DNA from: a virus
DNA: 64,000 nt
IMG/VR virus record: IMGVR_UViG_3300040856_003054
Span: 72,141-136,140 of that record
Strand: one strand, 5' to 3'
Shown here: positions 1 through 8,486 of the stretch, one piece after another
How positions within the stretch are numbered: position 1 is the first letter of the stretch
Layout of the letters: every line of letters starts with the position of its first letter
Translations under genes and position numbers: made by a program
Notes under the pieces: generated by a model
What the model saw: the letters and a program-made list of their open reading frames with translations, nothing else
Databases searched by the model: none
What the model was told of the DNA's origin: nothing

Positions 1-2
1 AG

Positions 3-377
3 TTCCGCAGCCCTGCATCAGGCACCAGGCCGGTGGTTTCGTTGGACGACAACACCGCCAACGAGCGCATCGAGATCCTGACCAGCGGCACTGATCCGAA
101 GCTGCTGGTAACGGCCGGCGGCAGCGCTGTGGCTGATCTGGATGCAGGCACCGTTGTGGCCAATGTGGCTGCCCGTGCTGCGGCTCGCTTCAACACCGAC
201 AACTACGCCATCAGTATCAACGGCGGCACGTCGCAGCTCGATACCTCCGGCACGCTGCCCACCGTGAACCGCATCAGGATCGGCAGCAATCAAGCTGACA
301 ACTACCTGAACGGCACCATCGCACGGATCACCGGCTGGGACGTGGTGCTGCCCAACCTGCCACCGATTACCCAGTAG
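3..377 (+). CDS. C-terminal part of a tail fibre / LamG (concanavalin-like) domain protein, truncated by the window edge
   Basis: Frame is open from the window start; beta-rich C-terminus ...RIRIGSNQADNYLNGTIARITGWD resembles LamG-type fibre domains; much higher GC than the rest of the window. Confidence 0.55.
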   Translation, partial: FRSPASGTRPVVSLDDNTANERIEILTSGTDPKLLVTAGGSAVADLDAGTVVANVAARAAARFNTDNYAISINGGTSQLDTSGTLPTVNRIRIGSNQADNYLNGTIARITGWDVVLPNLPPITQ

Positions 378-392
378 TCGGCAACACTAATC

Positions 393-542
393 ATGACTGA
401 AGAACTCCTACCCATCGTTGCTGCAGAAATCGGGAATGGCATTGCTTGTGACCGACCAGACAAAGAAACTGCCAGACGAGTTTTAGCCCATGTAGAAACG
501 TGGCTGGCTGCTCAAACCACTACCCCTACCTCTCATGACTGA
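393..542 (+). CDS. small hypothetical protein (49 aa, MTEELLPIVAAEIG...)
   Basis: Manually read ORF; start context CATGACTGAAGAACT is identical to that of the next ORF; overlaps the next start. Confidence 0.45.
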   Translation: MTEELLPIVAAEIGNGIACDRPDKETARRVLAHVETWLAAQTTTPTSHD

Positions 543-843
543 AGAACTGCTCACACCCCCCACCCCCACGATGTTCCGCTTCCCAAATGCTGCTGTTGGC
601 ATGGCTGCGCTTGATGATGCTGGGCTACTTGATGACGACTTGAATCCCATCACCGCTAGTCATAACCACGCCCTAGATGTAATCGGCACCATCTCCCGTG
701 GTGGTGAATGGGACGATGAAGGTAATGTCATCACTTCGCCTGAGGTGCTGGAGGGCTTTCATTTGAACTACCAAGGACCGCTGCCGGATGGGTGGGACGC
801 TTATGCGGTGTGGCCGGAGCAGCCGGTGAGGGCGTGGGCGTGA
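535..843 (+). CDS. small tail-fibre-associated protein
   Basis: 102 aa, ...ALDVIGTI...GFHLN...WPEQPVRAWA, a pattern seen in ORFs that follow cyanophage fibre genes; inferred from position. Confidence 0.5.
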   Translation: MTEELLTPPTPTMFRFPNAAVGMAALDDAGLLDDDLNPITASHNHALDVIGTISRGGEWDDEGNVITSPEVLEGFHLNYQGPLPDGWDAYAVWPEQPVRAWA

Positions 844-844
844 A

Positions 845-889
845 ACTGTCACACACAATACACCATAAACCACAAAGACCTGCTATAAT
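845..889 (+). promoter_or_regulatory. early promoter with half palindrome
   Basis: ACTGTCACA at 845-853; TGCTATAAT extended -10 at 881-889. Confidence 0.6.
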
Positions 890-895
890 ATCATT

Positions 896-1132
896 ATGAA
901 ATACCTGAACTCTAAATGGGAAATGATTGTGTGGGGATTTGAACTATTCCAGAATGCAATCTATTTTCGGTTGACATTAGAGGATAACATTGATAGATTA
1001 TCCTTCTTTGAAGAACTCTCTGCTGGGTATATTGAAATGACTGATGAGTATCTAATGTCTCAACCCGACTTTGACCCATATAATCTATCGGGTAGAGATT
1101 CTTATTATTCTTATGTGATGAGTCAAAAGTGA
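896..1132 (+). CDS. hypothetical protein
   Basis: ORF directly downstream of the promoter. Confidence 0.6.
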   Translation: MKYLNSKWEMIVWGFELFQNAIYFRLTLEDNIDRLSFFEELSAGYIEMTDEYLMSQPDFDPYNLSGRDSYYSYVMSQK

Positions 1133-1353
1133 TGGACTTTCCAGTGTTCTTAAATAAATGGATAATCTCCAATAAGTTTCTTAAGTATACTCCATTCTGG
1201 TGGTGGTACAGGTTAATATCTCATCAAGGTTTTCGCTTTGATGATTATTATGTGTGGAAGGAGTTTTGGATGTCCTTAAATCAAGGATATATGGATATGA
1301 ACTATAAATGGGAGTTTGAACAATATTGGAGTGTAAAACCTAAACATAAATAA
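1129..1353 (+). CDS. hypothetical aromatic-rich protein
   Basis: Coupled ORF (GTGATG overlap). Confidence 0.6.
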   Translation: MMDFPVFLNKWIISNKFLKYTPFWWWYRLISHQGFRFDDYYVWKEFWMSLNQGYMDMNYKWEFEQYWSVKPKHK

Positions 1354-1414
1354 TGATGTCTGTTTGGACGGCAATCTCTACAGACAAAGATTAGGTGCTT
1401 TCGGGCACCTTTTC
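1345..1414 (+). ncRNA. candidate antisense sRNA / RNA switch cassette A
   Basis: CATAAATA at 1345-1352; stem TGTCTGT/ACAGACA; 1359-1373 complementary to 1430-1444; UUCG terminator hairpin at 1393-1410 plus T-run. Confidence 0.6.
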
Positions 1415-1417
1415 TAT

Positions 1418-1425
1418 TATAAATA
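1418..1425 (+). promoter_or_regulatory. T4-type late promoter TATAAATA
   Basis: Exact gp55 consensus upstream of the HNH gene. Confidence 0.8.
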
Positions 1426-1450
1426 ATAATGCCGTCCAAATAGAATAAAG

Positions 1451-2086
1451 ATGAACTATCTAAAGATTTATTGTAATCTTATCAGGAAAGCAGAGAATAG
1501 AACTCCACCTGAAGGTTATACGGAAAAACACCACATATTTCCTAAAAGTATTTTTGGAGATAATGATAGAGTTGTAATATTAAGTGGAAGAGAGCATTAT
1601 ATTGCTCACGCATTATTAGAAAAAGCATTTATAAAAAGGTATGGTGGAAATCACAAAAAAACTAAAAAGATGTCTTTTGCTTTTTGGTGTATGAATAACC
1701 AAAAATCAAAAAATACTTATTTAAATTCTTATTTTTATGAAAGTTCCCGAATGAGAGTTAGTGGGGAAAATAATATAGCAAAAGACCCAATTATTCGTAA
1801 AAAAATAAGTGAGAAAAAACGAGGAAAAAATCATCATCAATATGGAAAACCACATTCCCAGGAAACTAAAAATAAGATAAGTAAAAAGAGGAGTGGAAAA
1901 AATAATCATATGTCTAAACATTGGAAAATTACATTTTCCAATGGAAATGAAATTGTATTGTGTGGATTATATAAATGGTCCAGGGAAAATGGATATTGTG
2001 CTACTCATATTATTGGAGTTTGTCGTGGAAAAAGAAACTATCATAAAGATATTGTGTCAGTTGAAGAACTGGCACAAATTTCTTGA
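1451..2086 (+). CDS. free-standing HNH (Mob-like) homing endonuclease with NUMOD3-like repeats
   Basis: EKHHIFPKS...REHYIAH HNH core; GKPHSQETKNKIS NUMOD3-like motif. Confidence 0.8.
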   Translation: MNYLKIYCNLIRKAENRTPPEGYTEKHHIFPKSIFGDNDRVVILSGREHYIAHALLEKAFIKRYGGNHKKTKKMSFAFWCMNNQKSKNTYLNSYFYESSRMRVSGENNIAKDPIIRKKISEKKRGKNHHQYGKPHSQETKNKISKKRSGKNNHMSKHWKITFSNGNEIVLCGLYKWSRENGYCATHIIGVCRGKRNYHKDIVSVEELAQIS

Positions 2087-2112
2087 ATAAAACACTTAAA
2101 ATATGTTATTAT
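2053..2112 (+). promoter_or_regulatory. palindrome-associated early promoter overlapping the HNH gene 3' end
   Basis: TGTGTCAGTT-GAAG-AACTGGCACA at 2053-2076, TTGAAT at 2083, TATTAT at 2107. Confidence 0.7.
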
Positions 2113-2135
2113 GAAGAACACTAAAAAAGAAAAAA

Positions 2136-2366
2136 ATGAAAAATTTTCTGCTCACATTATGGTATTTTCCATCACATTTATGGTATAATTATAAATCTTG
2201 GAGATATGAGCAAAAATGTATAAAATACTTTGGAGCGAAACCTGAAAAGATTCTTCTACCAAAAGAACAATTCGATGCTCTTGTAGAACGATTAAATCAA
2301 CCATCAGACCCTAAAGTAGTTGAAAGATTAAAAGAGATTATGTCTAAAAAGGCTCCGTGGGAATAA
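2136..2366 (+). CDS. small protein with DUF1778/TacA-antitoxin-like C-terminal motif
   Basis: ILLPKEQFDALVERLNQPSDPKVVERLKEIM resembles the C-terminal L-x3-F-x6-L-x2-P-P motif of DUF1778 antitoxins. Confidence 0.4.
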   Translation: MKNFLLTLWYFPSHLWYNYKSWRYEQKCIKYFGAKPEKILLPKEQFDALVERLNQPSDPKVVERLKEIMSKKAPWE

Positions 2367-2511
2367 TGAAAGAATACTTTGAAAAACTAAAAAAGAGAGC
2401 AGGAGTTATTATTCTGTTCGGCCAAATGTGTATTATCATCTATCAACTTGGCACATTAGAATCAAAGAAGGTTACTATCTGTCAACCTGATACTTACCAG
2501 CAACGGATTAT

Positions 2512-2697
2512 TTGTGTAGAGCAGTGAACGATAAATCTAAAATCTTCTACAATGTCTGGTGCAATGCGTACCAAAGACGAACCATATATAAAGGAACCGA
2601 CAGAGAACACAGAGAGCACGAAACTGTGCGAATGTGTCTTGATATGAAAGATGTAAAGTTCTACCAATTTGATAGTGAGAGACCCAGATATGTTTAG
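2512..2697 (+). CDS. hypothetical protein
   Basis: ORF in tightly packed + strand run; true start uncertain. Confidence 0.5.
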   Translation: MCRAVNDKSKIFYNVWCNAYQRRTIYKGTDREHREHETVRMCLDMKDVKFYQFDSERPRYV

Positions 2698-3076
2698 TAA
2701 GCCTCTTCTTGGAACCAATACAAAGAAAACTAAACTTTCTTGGATTGAGTATATCTGGAACTCGTGTATTATTCAGGGGTGGTATAATTGCTGGTATTCC
2801 TTTAAGAACTGGGCCGATTTGATGGGCGATAATTACCAAGAATACGCTTTATTAGTATCTGATGACCCATTGGAGCAATGTATCTTATATTTCTGGGATA
2901 GTTTGGAAGATGAGATTTATCCAAAACACTTTTTGGATAGTTTACTTCAAATGGTAGACGATATTGAAACTGGCAAAGAAAAAGTATATCCACTTGATGA
3001 AGATTTCTTTGATAGAATGAAAGAACTTACTGATGGTATTGCTGTAAACCTTAACGAAAAGTTGGAGGAAGAGTGA
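2669..3076 (+). CDS. hypothetical protein
   Basis: 135 aa ORF; likely start MFSKPLL. Confidence 0.6.
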   Translation: MIVRDPDMFSKPLLGTNTKKTKLSWIEYIWNSCIIQGWYNCWYSFKNWADLMGDNYQEYALLVSDDPLEQCILYFWDSLEDEIYPKHFLDSLLQMVDDIETGKEKVYPLDEDFFDRMKELTDGIAVNLNEKLEEE

Positions 3077-3077
3077 A

Positions 3078-3464
3078 GTGGGACTTTATGATGAGATTCG
3101 TTCTTCTTATGATTTGGGAGAACAATTCACAAATGTAGAAATGCAAACCAAAGGTCTTGCGTGTGCAATGACTCGTTATTGGATTTCTCCTGATGGTTAT
3201 TTGTATGAATTGACTTATAGAGAAACTCACGACTTTGCAGAAATTGGTGAAGATGATGAAAGGTACGATCCTAAAAAGTTATTTTTGAATTTTGAGTGGA
3301 TTCCAACAGGAAAGAATGGTAAAGTTGAACCGTGTTATGTGACTGATTATGTTGAGGTTTATCCTGCAACTTGGAATCAATCTTGGGAATCTTGGCCCCG
3401 ACTAAAATTACACTTCAAACTGGGAAAACTACAAGATTATGAAAACATCACAGGACAACGTTGA
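3078..3464 (+). CDS. conserved phage hypothetical protein (MGLYD...QTK family)
   Basis: MG(L/M)(Y/F)D...QTK.L motif common in phage small proteins. Confidence 0.65.
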   Translation: MGLYDEIRSSYDLGEQFTNVEMQTKGLACAMTRYWISPDGYLYELTYRETHDFAEIGEDDERYDPKKLFLNFEWIPTGKNGKVEPCYVTDYVEVYPATWNQSWESWPRLKLHFKLGKLQDYENITGQR

Positions 3465-3765
3465 ACTATTCCCTTATGAGTCGTTCGGTGTAAGATTAGA
3501 ACACATAAACGAAAAAAGAATCTGTTGGTTCAAGGACGATTATGAGTTGCAAAAATACCTAGAAAGGTATAAACTGGATAAGAGAACTATTAAACTTGAT
3601 TATCGTGATGGAGAACCCACTAAACCCAGTCAAAAACGTAAGAGAAGTGTGGAGCAAAAACCTGAACCAAAGAGTAAAGGAAGTTCAGGTACAAGTAAAG
3701 GACGAACCACCCGCATGGATCCCACTCGCAACACTACTGGCACTACAAAACGCAAGAAAAAATGA
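3439..3765 (+). CDS. hypothetical protein with basic tail
   Basis: FPYESFGVRLEH...CWF...KYLERYKL, cyanophage-type small protein. Confidence 0.6.
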   Translation: MKTSQDNVELFPYESFGVRLEHINEKRICWFKDDYELQKYLERYKLDKRTIKLDYRDGEPTKPSQKRKRSVEQKPEPKSKGSSGTSKGRTTRMDPTRNTTGTTKRKKK

Positions 3766-3903
3766 CGGAGCAAACTAAACTCATTCTTGCTCTAATGCAG
3801 ATTGATAATCTTACAAATCTTTTGGAAGGTAATCAATATCAAAAATTTTTATACAGCAAATTAATTTCTACGCGAATTGAACTACAGAGGCAATTGAGTC
3901 ATT

Positions 3904-4119
3904 ATGGAAAGACAGTGGTATGATGATAAAGCATTTTATGTGGAGGGAAAGAAGTATGGATTATGGGATTCATATGATAAAGATGGCAAATGTATTATTA
4001 CCTCACTAACCGAAGAAGAGTGTGTTAAAGCTACGCGATTTATGTTGAAACTCAAACAAGAGAATAAACTAAATGAAGTAGGGAACACCTATTCTGGCAC
4101 CGTAGATGGAAAACTTTAG
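3904..4119 (+). CDS. hypothetical protein
   Basis: ORF ending YSGTVDGKL. Confidence 0.6.
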   Translation: MERQWYDDKAFYVEGKKYGLWDSYDKDGKCIITSLTEEECVKATRFMLKLKQENKLNEVGNTYSGTVDGKL

Positions 4120-4315
4120 AGCAGGAAACAATGTAAAATTCATTGGTTGTTCAAAGGAACAGATTGCTTGGGGTAATAATGATGACCCCACAGGTATTTT
4201 GATTGTGGGTGACAAGTATTATGTGGAAAAGGTAGAAGTTCACTCACAACACACAAAGTTGACATTGCGAGGAATATGCGGTAGATTCAATAGTGTATGT
4301 TTTGAAAAAGTATGA
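4106..4315 (+). CDS. hypothetical protein
   Basis: Overlapping ORF in operon. Confidence 0.6.
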   Translation: MENFRAGNNVKFIGCSKEQIAWGNNDDPTGILIVGDKYYVEKVEVHSQHTKLTLRGICGRFNSVCFEKV

Positions 4316-4724
4316 CAGTAAGAACTTTCGTTGATAAGAATGGAAATGAGTGGAGTTGGGAAGAAACTCCAGAAGTCCTTGAAGCACTGAAGAATCTCCA
4401 TGAAATTAAGAATGACACAAAAACAACAGATGTGGGCTAATATCTTCCAGTGTGCTATTCAAAGGTCTGATATTTACTTCAAAGAAAAAGATCTAGATCG
4501 ACACGCAAGAGAACACACAACAGTCACATTAGCACTTCAAAAAGGTGAACAATTTTGGAAAGAACTACTGTAGAATATCCATACCACGTTCTTGATGAAA
4601 CAACTCCTTGGAATTCGTGGTTGGAATATTCTGAAATATGTCATCAACTTAATGTTCCTGGACAACCATCTCTGGGACGTTTTATGTCATTTAGACGTTA
4701 TTTGAAATCTGCTGGACTATTATA

Positions 4725-4949
4725 ATGATTAAAAGATTTGTCAAATGGTTTATCACACCATCAAAAAAACCTATCGTTGAAGATATTGATTTGTATGCTA
4801 AAATTGTAGAACTGGAGAATCGTATTGCTAATCTAGAAGAAGAAAACATTGAGACAAATAATGTGCTCTATGAACTTGGAAACTCTATTGATGCTGTTGA
4901 TGTCCGTATAGATATTCTATCACTTGAGACATTTACTAAAAATGTATGA
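4725..4949 (+). CDS. hypothetical coiled-coil protein
   Basis: LENRIANLEEEN heptads. Confidence 0.6.
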   Translation: MIKRFVKWFITPSKKPIVEDIDLYAKIVELENRIANLEEENIETNNVLYELGNSIDAVDVRIDILSLETFTKNV

Positions 4950-5151
4950 AAATCTATCACAGTATGAACGAGCACTCGCAAGGTTTGGTGATAAAGTGGG
5001 CCTCATTGCAGGACTTGAAATCGCGGATAAGATCTCACCAGAAGATGCTTATCAACAAATCAAGGAACTTTACAAAGAACTTAAGAAACTCCGTAAGAAA
5101 GAAAGAAGAATCTGGGGAAATACTGGAATCGGGACTACGAAAGTGCGCTAA
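4924..5151 (+). CDS. small conserved cyanobacterial-type hypothetical protein
   Basis: FGDKVGLIAGLEIADKISPEDAYQQIKELYKELK; likely start MYENL. Confidence 0.55.
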   Translation: MRHLLKMYENLSQYERALARFGDKVGLIAGLEIADKISPEDAYQQIKELYKELKKLRKKERRIWGNTGIGTTKVR

Positions 5152-5262
5152 CTGTGGAGAGGTAAAACCACTTGACATCGAGCACTTTCAGGTGGTAAAA
5201 TATTTTCATCAGGGATTTTCATTCTACTGCAACGAGTGTAACAAACCCAAACCAAGAGATGA

Positions 5263-5931
5263 TTGATTATGACAGACTTTGACTACAAAAAGTATTCACT
5301 TGAGAATCTTGAGAAGTGGATGAGTGATGCTTTGATTTCGGCAGAAGCAACACCAAAAGAAATCTATGATATTATTCACAAAGTCGTAGAAGAAGAGTAT
5401 TATTATTTCAAACATCAAACTGGTCGTTGTTATGAACTTCTAGCACTTCTGAAAGGTAATGGTAAAGAACATCTAACTTGTGATAAAGATGATAAGTCTC
5501 CCGAGTGTCAAAATGCCTGGAACGATTTCTGGGAAGAGTATTATTATCCTGAAGAGCATCAGAAACACACTGAAGAAGTAAAAGATAACGGTATGCGTCC
5601 TTGGGGGCATAGTGATTTGGAATACATGATTGCCAATCCAACTTTGACCGAAGATCGTGTTAGTAACTTTCCTGGAGAGCAATACACTGAAGAAGAACTG
5701 AATGCGATGTGTGATTCTGCTAAAAAGGAAGATAAAGTAGTAAAGTGGCAACTACCTGTTCAAGTTGATGGATTGAGTGGTGAGTGTTTTGTGGAGTTCC
5801 CTGATGATTTGTTAGAAGCAGCAAATCTTAAAGAAAACGACCTTGTGAGCTGGATTGACCGTGGCGACGGTAGTTTTGAATTAAGAAAAGTAACTAAACC
5901 TATTGGAATGGAGGAAAGTAAATGTCACTAA
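5263..5931 (+). CDS. protein with C-terminal AbrB/MazE-like swapped-hairpin domain
   Basis: FVEFPDDLLEAANLKENDLVSWIDRGDGSFELRK matches the AbrB-fold pattern. Confidence 0.55.
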   Translation: MIMTDFDYKKYSLENLEKWMSDALISAEATPKEIYDIIHKVVEEEYYYFKHQTGRCYELLALLKGNGKEHLTCDKDDKSPECQNAWNDFWEEYYYPEEHQKHTEEVKDNGMRPWGHSDLEYMIANPTLTEDRVSNFPGEQYTEEELNAMCDSAKKEDKVVKWQLPVQVDGLSGECFVEFPDDLLEAANLKENDLVSWIDRGDGSFELRKVTKPIGMEESKCH

Positions 5932-6146
5932 GTAAACAAACACTAGATCATTTATTAGAAGCAGAGAGTCATCTTCGTGCTGCTATTAAATCCGCTGCTA
6001 CAAATGAAAAACCTTTAGTAGTTAAACAACTATCACAACTTCTTCTTGATATCGAACAGTGTAAAAAGTTTGAAGATTTGATGGATATTCTTGAGAATCG
6101 TAAACCTGGAAGTAGTGGTTCTTTTGGTTCATTCTTTAATGATTAA
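5922..6146 (+). CDS. hypothetical protein
   Basis: MSLSKQTLDHLLEAESHLRAAIKSAA, cyanophage-type small protein. Confidence 0.6.
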   Translation: MSLSKQTLDHLLEAESHLRAAIKSAATNEKPLVVKQLSQLLLDIEQCKKFEDLMDILENRKPGSSGSFGSFFND

Positions 6147-6202
6147 AAAGTATTATCACACTCTTAAGAGAATATTAAGAAACATCACATCTTGCTTAAA
6201 TA

Positions 6203-6403
6203 GTGTTAGGATTTGCTGATAAACGCGGGAGCAAAGGTATGACTCTTCCATCAAAGGGACAAAGGAATCTTACTGACGATGAGTGGCAAGAAATGGATGC
6301 TCTTAGAAAAGTCATCAGTCAAAGACCACAAGCACTTGTGCCAGAGAAGATGGAAAAGTTTTCTGAATATATGGTGCGAAGTTTAAGGGAGATGGGAAAT
6401 TGA
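6203..6403 (+). CDS. hypothetical protein
   Basis: ORF, likely start MTLPS; followed by a terminator. Confidence 0.55.
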   Translation: MLGFADKRGSKGMTLPSKGQRNLTDDEWQEMDALRKVISQRPQALVPEKMEKFSEYMVRSLREMGN

Positions 6404-6406
6404 TAG

Positions 6407-6434
6407 AGAGGGTCAGCAATGACCCTCTTTTTTT
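6407..6434 (+). terminator. intrinsic terminator
   Basis: AGAGGGTCA-GCAA-TGACCCTCT plus T-run, immediately followed by late-type CTAAATA. Confidence 0.85.
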
Positions 6435-6459
6435 CTAAATACTTGAAAAGGATAATAAA

Positions 6460-8169
6460 ATGGTAAAGGGAAACGTTGGCAATACTAAAGAATATGTCCA
6501 ATGTTTAGCATTTGCTTACTTTGCAAATCACAAATATCCAAACAAAAAAGAAGATCAAGAAGAACATAAATTATCTTTTTACAATCTTTTTGTCACCTCT
6601 TCAGATAGAAAGGAATTTAATATCGAAAAATTAAATCTCCGAGAATATAAAAGTCATTTGGGTAATAGATTTCCTTATATAAGAACTACAAGAGATTTTA
6701 AAACAAAAGTTAATCAAAAAGGAAAGATTACTGCAGATACTACAGTACAAAAAGTATATGATGTTGCACTGGAACTTTATAAATCTAAAGTTATTGGTCA
6801 AAATTGGGAAAATTATGAATTTTTAGATCAAACTGATATTTTTACACAAACTGTAAAAGATGCTGCATTGAATAAAATTAAGGAGGTTTTGGGAATAACC
6901 TTTAAACTTGATATGCTTGCAAGTTTTGATATGTTTGTTGTTCATAAGAAAAAAAAGCAAACTATATTAAATGAAATAAACACTTATATATTAAATGCAA
7001 GTGATTCGACAATATTAAAAAATTATAGTTTAAATCAGCATACTTATAGAACCATATTAAATCGTCATTTCAAATCAACGACAAATACAAGGTCTTTAGT
7101 GGCAATTTCTCTTAAATTGCCAGGAACTGTTGAACAAAAAAAATATATAAACATAATTGGAACTGAAAATGTAAAAAAAGAATTATCTGACTACATTGAT
7201 CCGTATACGAAGTTTTTAACTTTAGCAATATCTTCTAAACCAAATGAATTAAAATCCTTAATTGAAAATTTGATAAAAATAGAATATGGTCAATTTAGAA
7301 CTGGATCAAATGTGTTGACTTGGGAATTGCCAGTAACTTTTAGGTATAAAGTAGCCGCACAAAAAGTATTTGGTAGGGATATAGAACCTTTGAGTGACAT
7401 GGACTATAAGATAGTGTTTCTTGCCCAAGGATATGGTGCTGGATGGAATGGATTTGTTAAAGTTGGAAAGCAGGGACCACCTTGGACAGGTGGTGGGGCA
7501 GCATCAACATTCGAATTTTTTTATGAACAATATCCAGAATACTCTCTTGTTATTCAAAAGTTGGTGCAGTTAAGAGCAAAAGCTTTCAATTATGTTTTAA
7601 CTGGTAAAGAAAATGGAAGAATAGATGATTCTACGTTTTCAACTAAATTAAAAACATCTTATCGAGCAGCACTAAGAGAAATAACAACTAGAAAAATATT
7701 AGTTAATAGTCGTACTGCCAAATATGACAAAATTGAAGAATTTTTTAATCTTTATGATAAAGAAACTGGTAATAAAGATAGTATAACAATGTACTATGTT
7801 GCTGTTATTAATTTGGTTAGAGGAAAAGTTAAATCTTCAATTAAAATAACAGATAATTATGCAAGTTTTAGTATGTTCGTTGGACAAAAAAAAGAAAGAA
7901 AAGCAACAACGTCTGAAACTCAGGAAAGAATAAAAGCACATTATGCACATGCGCAACTTGCATGGTTTACTTTCATTGGAGGGAAAAGCTATCAAGCATA
8001 TCTTAAACAAAGAATGTTTTTGACAATATATGGAGTCATTAGTAAAAAGGGATATAAAATTTTCGATTACAACAAAAATATCAGTACTGTTAAAAGTGCA
8101 ATTACTGCATCAATTAAAAAAATGCCCAAAGCAGCATTTGATTCTGCTCCCCACTTGTTACTGTCGTAA
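6460..8169 (+). CDS. 569 aa basic protein, possible PD-(D/E)xK-like nuclease
   Basis: N-terminal KE helix, ASFDMFVV and LVAISLK resemble the D...(G/A)ISLK variant active site; AT-rich; late promoter upstream. Confidence 0.4.
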   Translation: MVKGNVGNTKEYVQCLAFAYFANHKYPNKKEDQEEHKLSFYNLFVTSSDRKEFNIEKLNLREYKSHLGNRFPYIRTTRDFKTKVNQKGKITADTTVQKVYDVALELYKSKVIGQNWENYEFLDQTDIFTQTVKDAALNKIKEVLGITFKLDMLASFDMFVVHKKKKQTILNEINTYILNASDSTILKNYSLNQHTYRTILNRHFKSTTNTRSLVAISLKLPGTVEQKKYINIIGTENVKKELSDYIDPYTKFLTLAISSKPNELKSLIENLIKIEYGQFRTGSNVLTWELPVTFRYKVAAQKVFGRDIEPLSDMDYKIVFLAQGYGAGWNGFVKVGKQGPPWTGGGAASTFEFFYEQYPEYSLVIQKLVQLRAKAFNYVLTGKENGRIDDSTFSTKLKTSYRAALREITTRKILVNSRTAKYDKIEEFFNLYDKETGNKDSITMYYVAVINLVRGKVKSSIKITDNYASFSMFVGQKKERKATTSETQERIKAHYAHAQLAWFTFIGGKSYQAYLKQRMFLTIYGVISKKGYKIFDYNKNISTVKSAITASIKKMPKAAFDSAPHLLLS

Positions 8170-8213
8170 AACTGGCACACCGACGACCCTGTTGGGATTT
8201 GGTGTGCTATACT
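8156..8213 (+). promoter_or_regulatory. palindrome-associated early promoter
   Basis: ACTGGCACA at 8171-8179; TGCTATACT extended -10. Confidence 0.6.
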
Positions 8214-8408
8214 AAGAATGTTCTGAGAATTCCAATGAAATTCCATTTTACCAACAGGGAAGAAGCAGTTTCGTCGGTGTATGATTCTGTTAGTTTGATT
8301 GTTGACTGTTATTCTAAGGATTCTATGTTGGATAATTACCTCGACCAAGAAACGATTGACAAATTGAGGTTTATTCTCAACGATATTGGTGAAGGTATCA
8401 TCAAATAA
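8199..8408 (+). CDS. hypothetical protein
   Basis: ORF; likely start MKFHF. Confidence 0.5.
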   Translation: MVCYTKNVLRIPMKFHFTNREEAVSSVYDSVSLIVDCYSKDSMLDNYLDQETIDKLRFILNDIGEGIIK

Positions 8409-8465
8409 TGTTCACTTAAACAACTGGCACACACTCTTGCCACAGCACCTGATTTCTGATATTAT
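8408..8465 (+). promoter_or_regulatory. palindrome-associated early promoter
   Basis: AACTGGCACA, TTGCCA at 8437, 17 bp spacer, TATTAT at 8460. Confidence 0.65.
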
Positions 8466-8486
8466 TACTTTATTGATTCTTAATTC

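Noticed and set aside
1345-1450. Cassette RNAs as IscB/TnpB-type guide RNAs
   Set aside because: The proteins lack RuvC motifs, the RNAs are only ~60 nt, and the variable segment matches the gene's own leader. RNA binding by the nuclease is not formally excluded.
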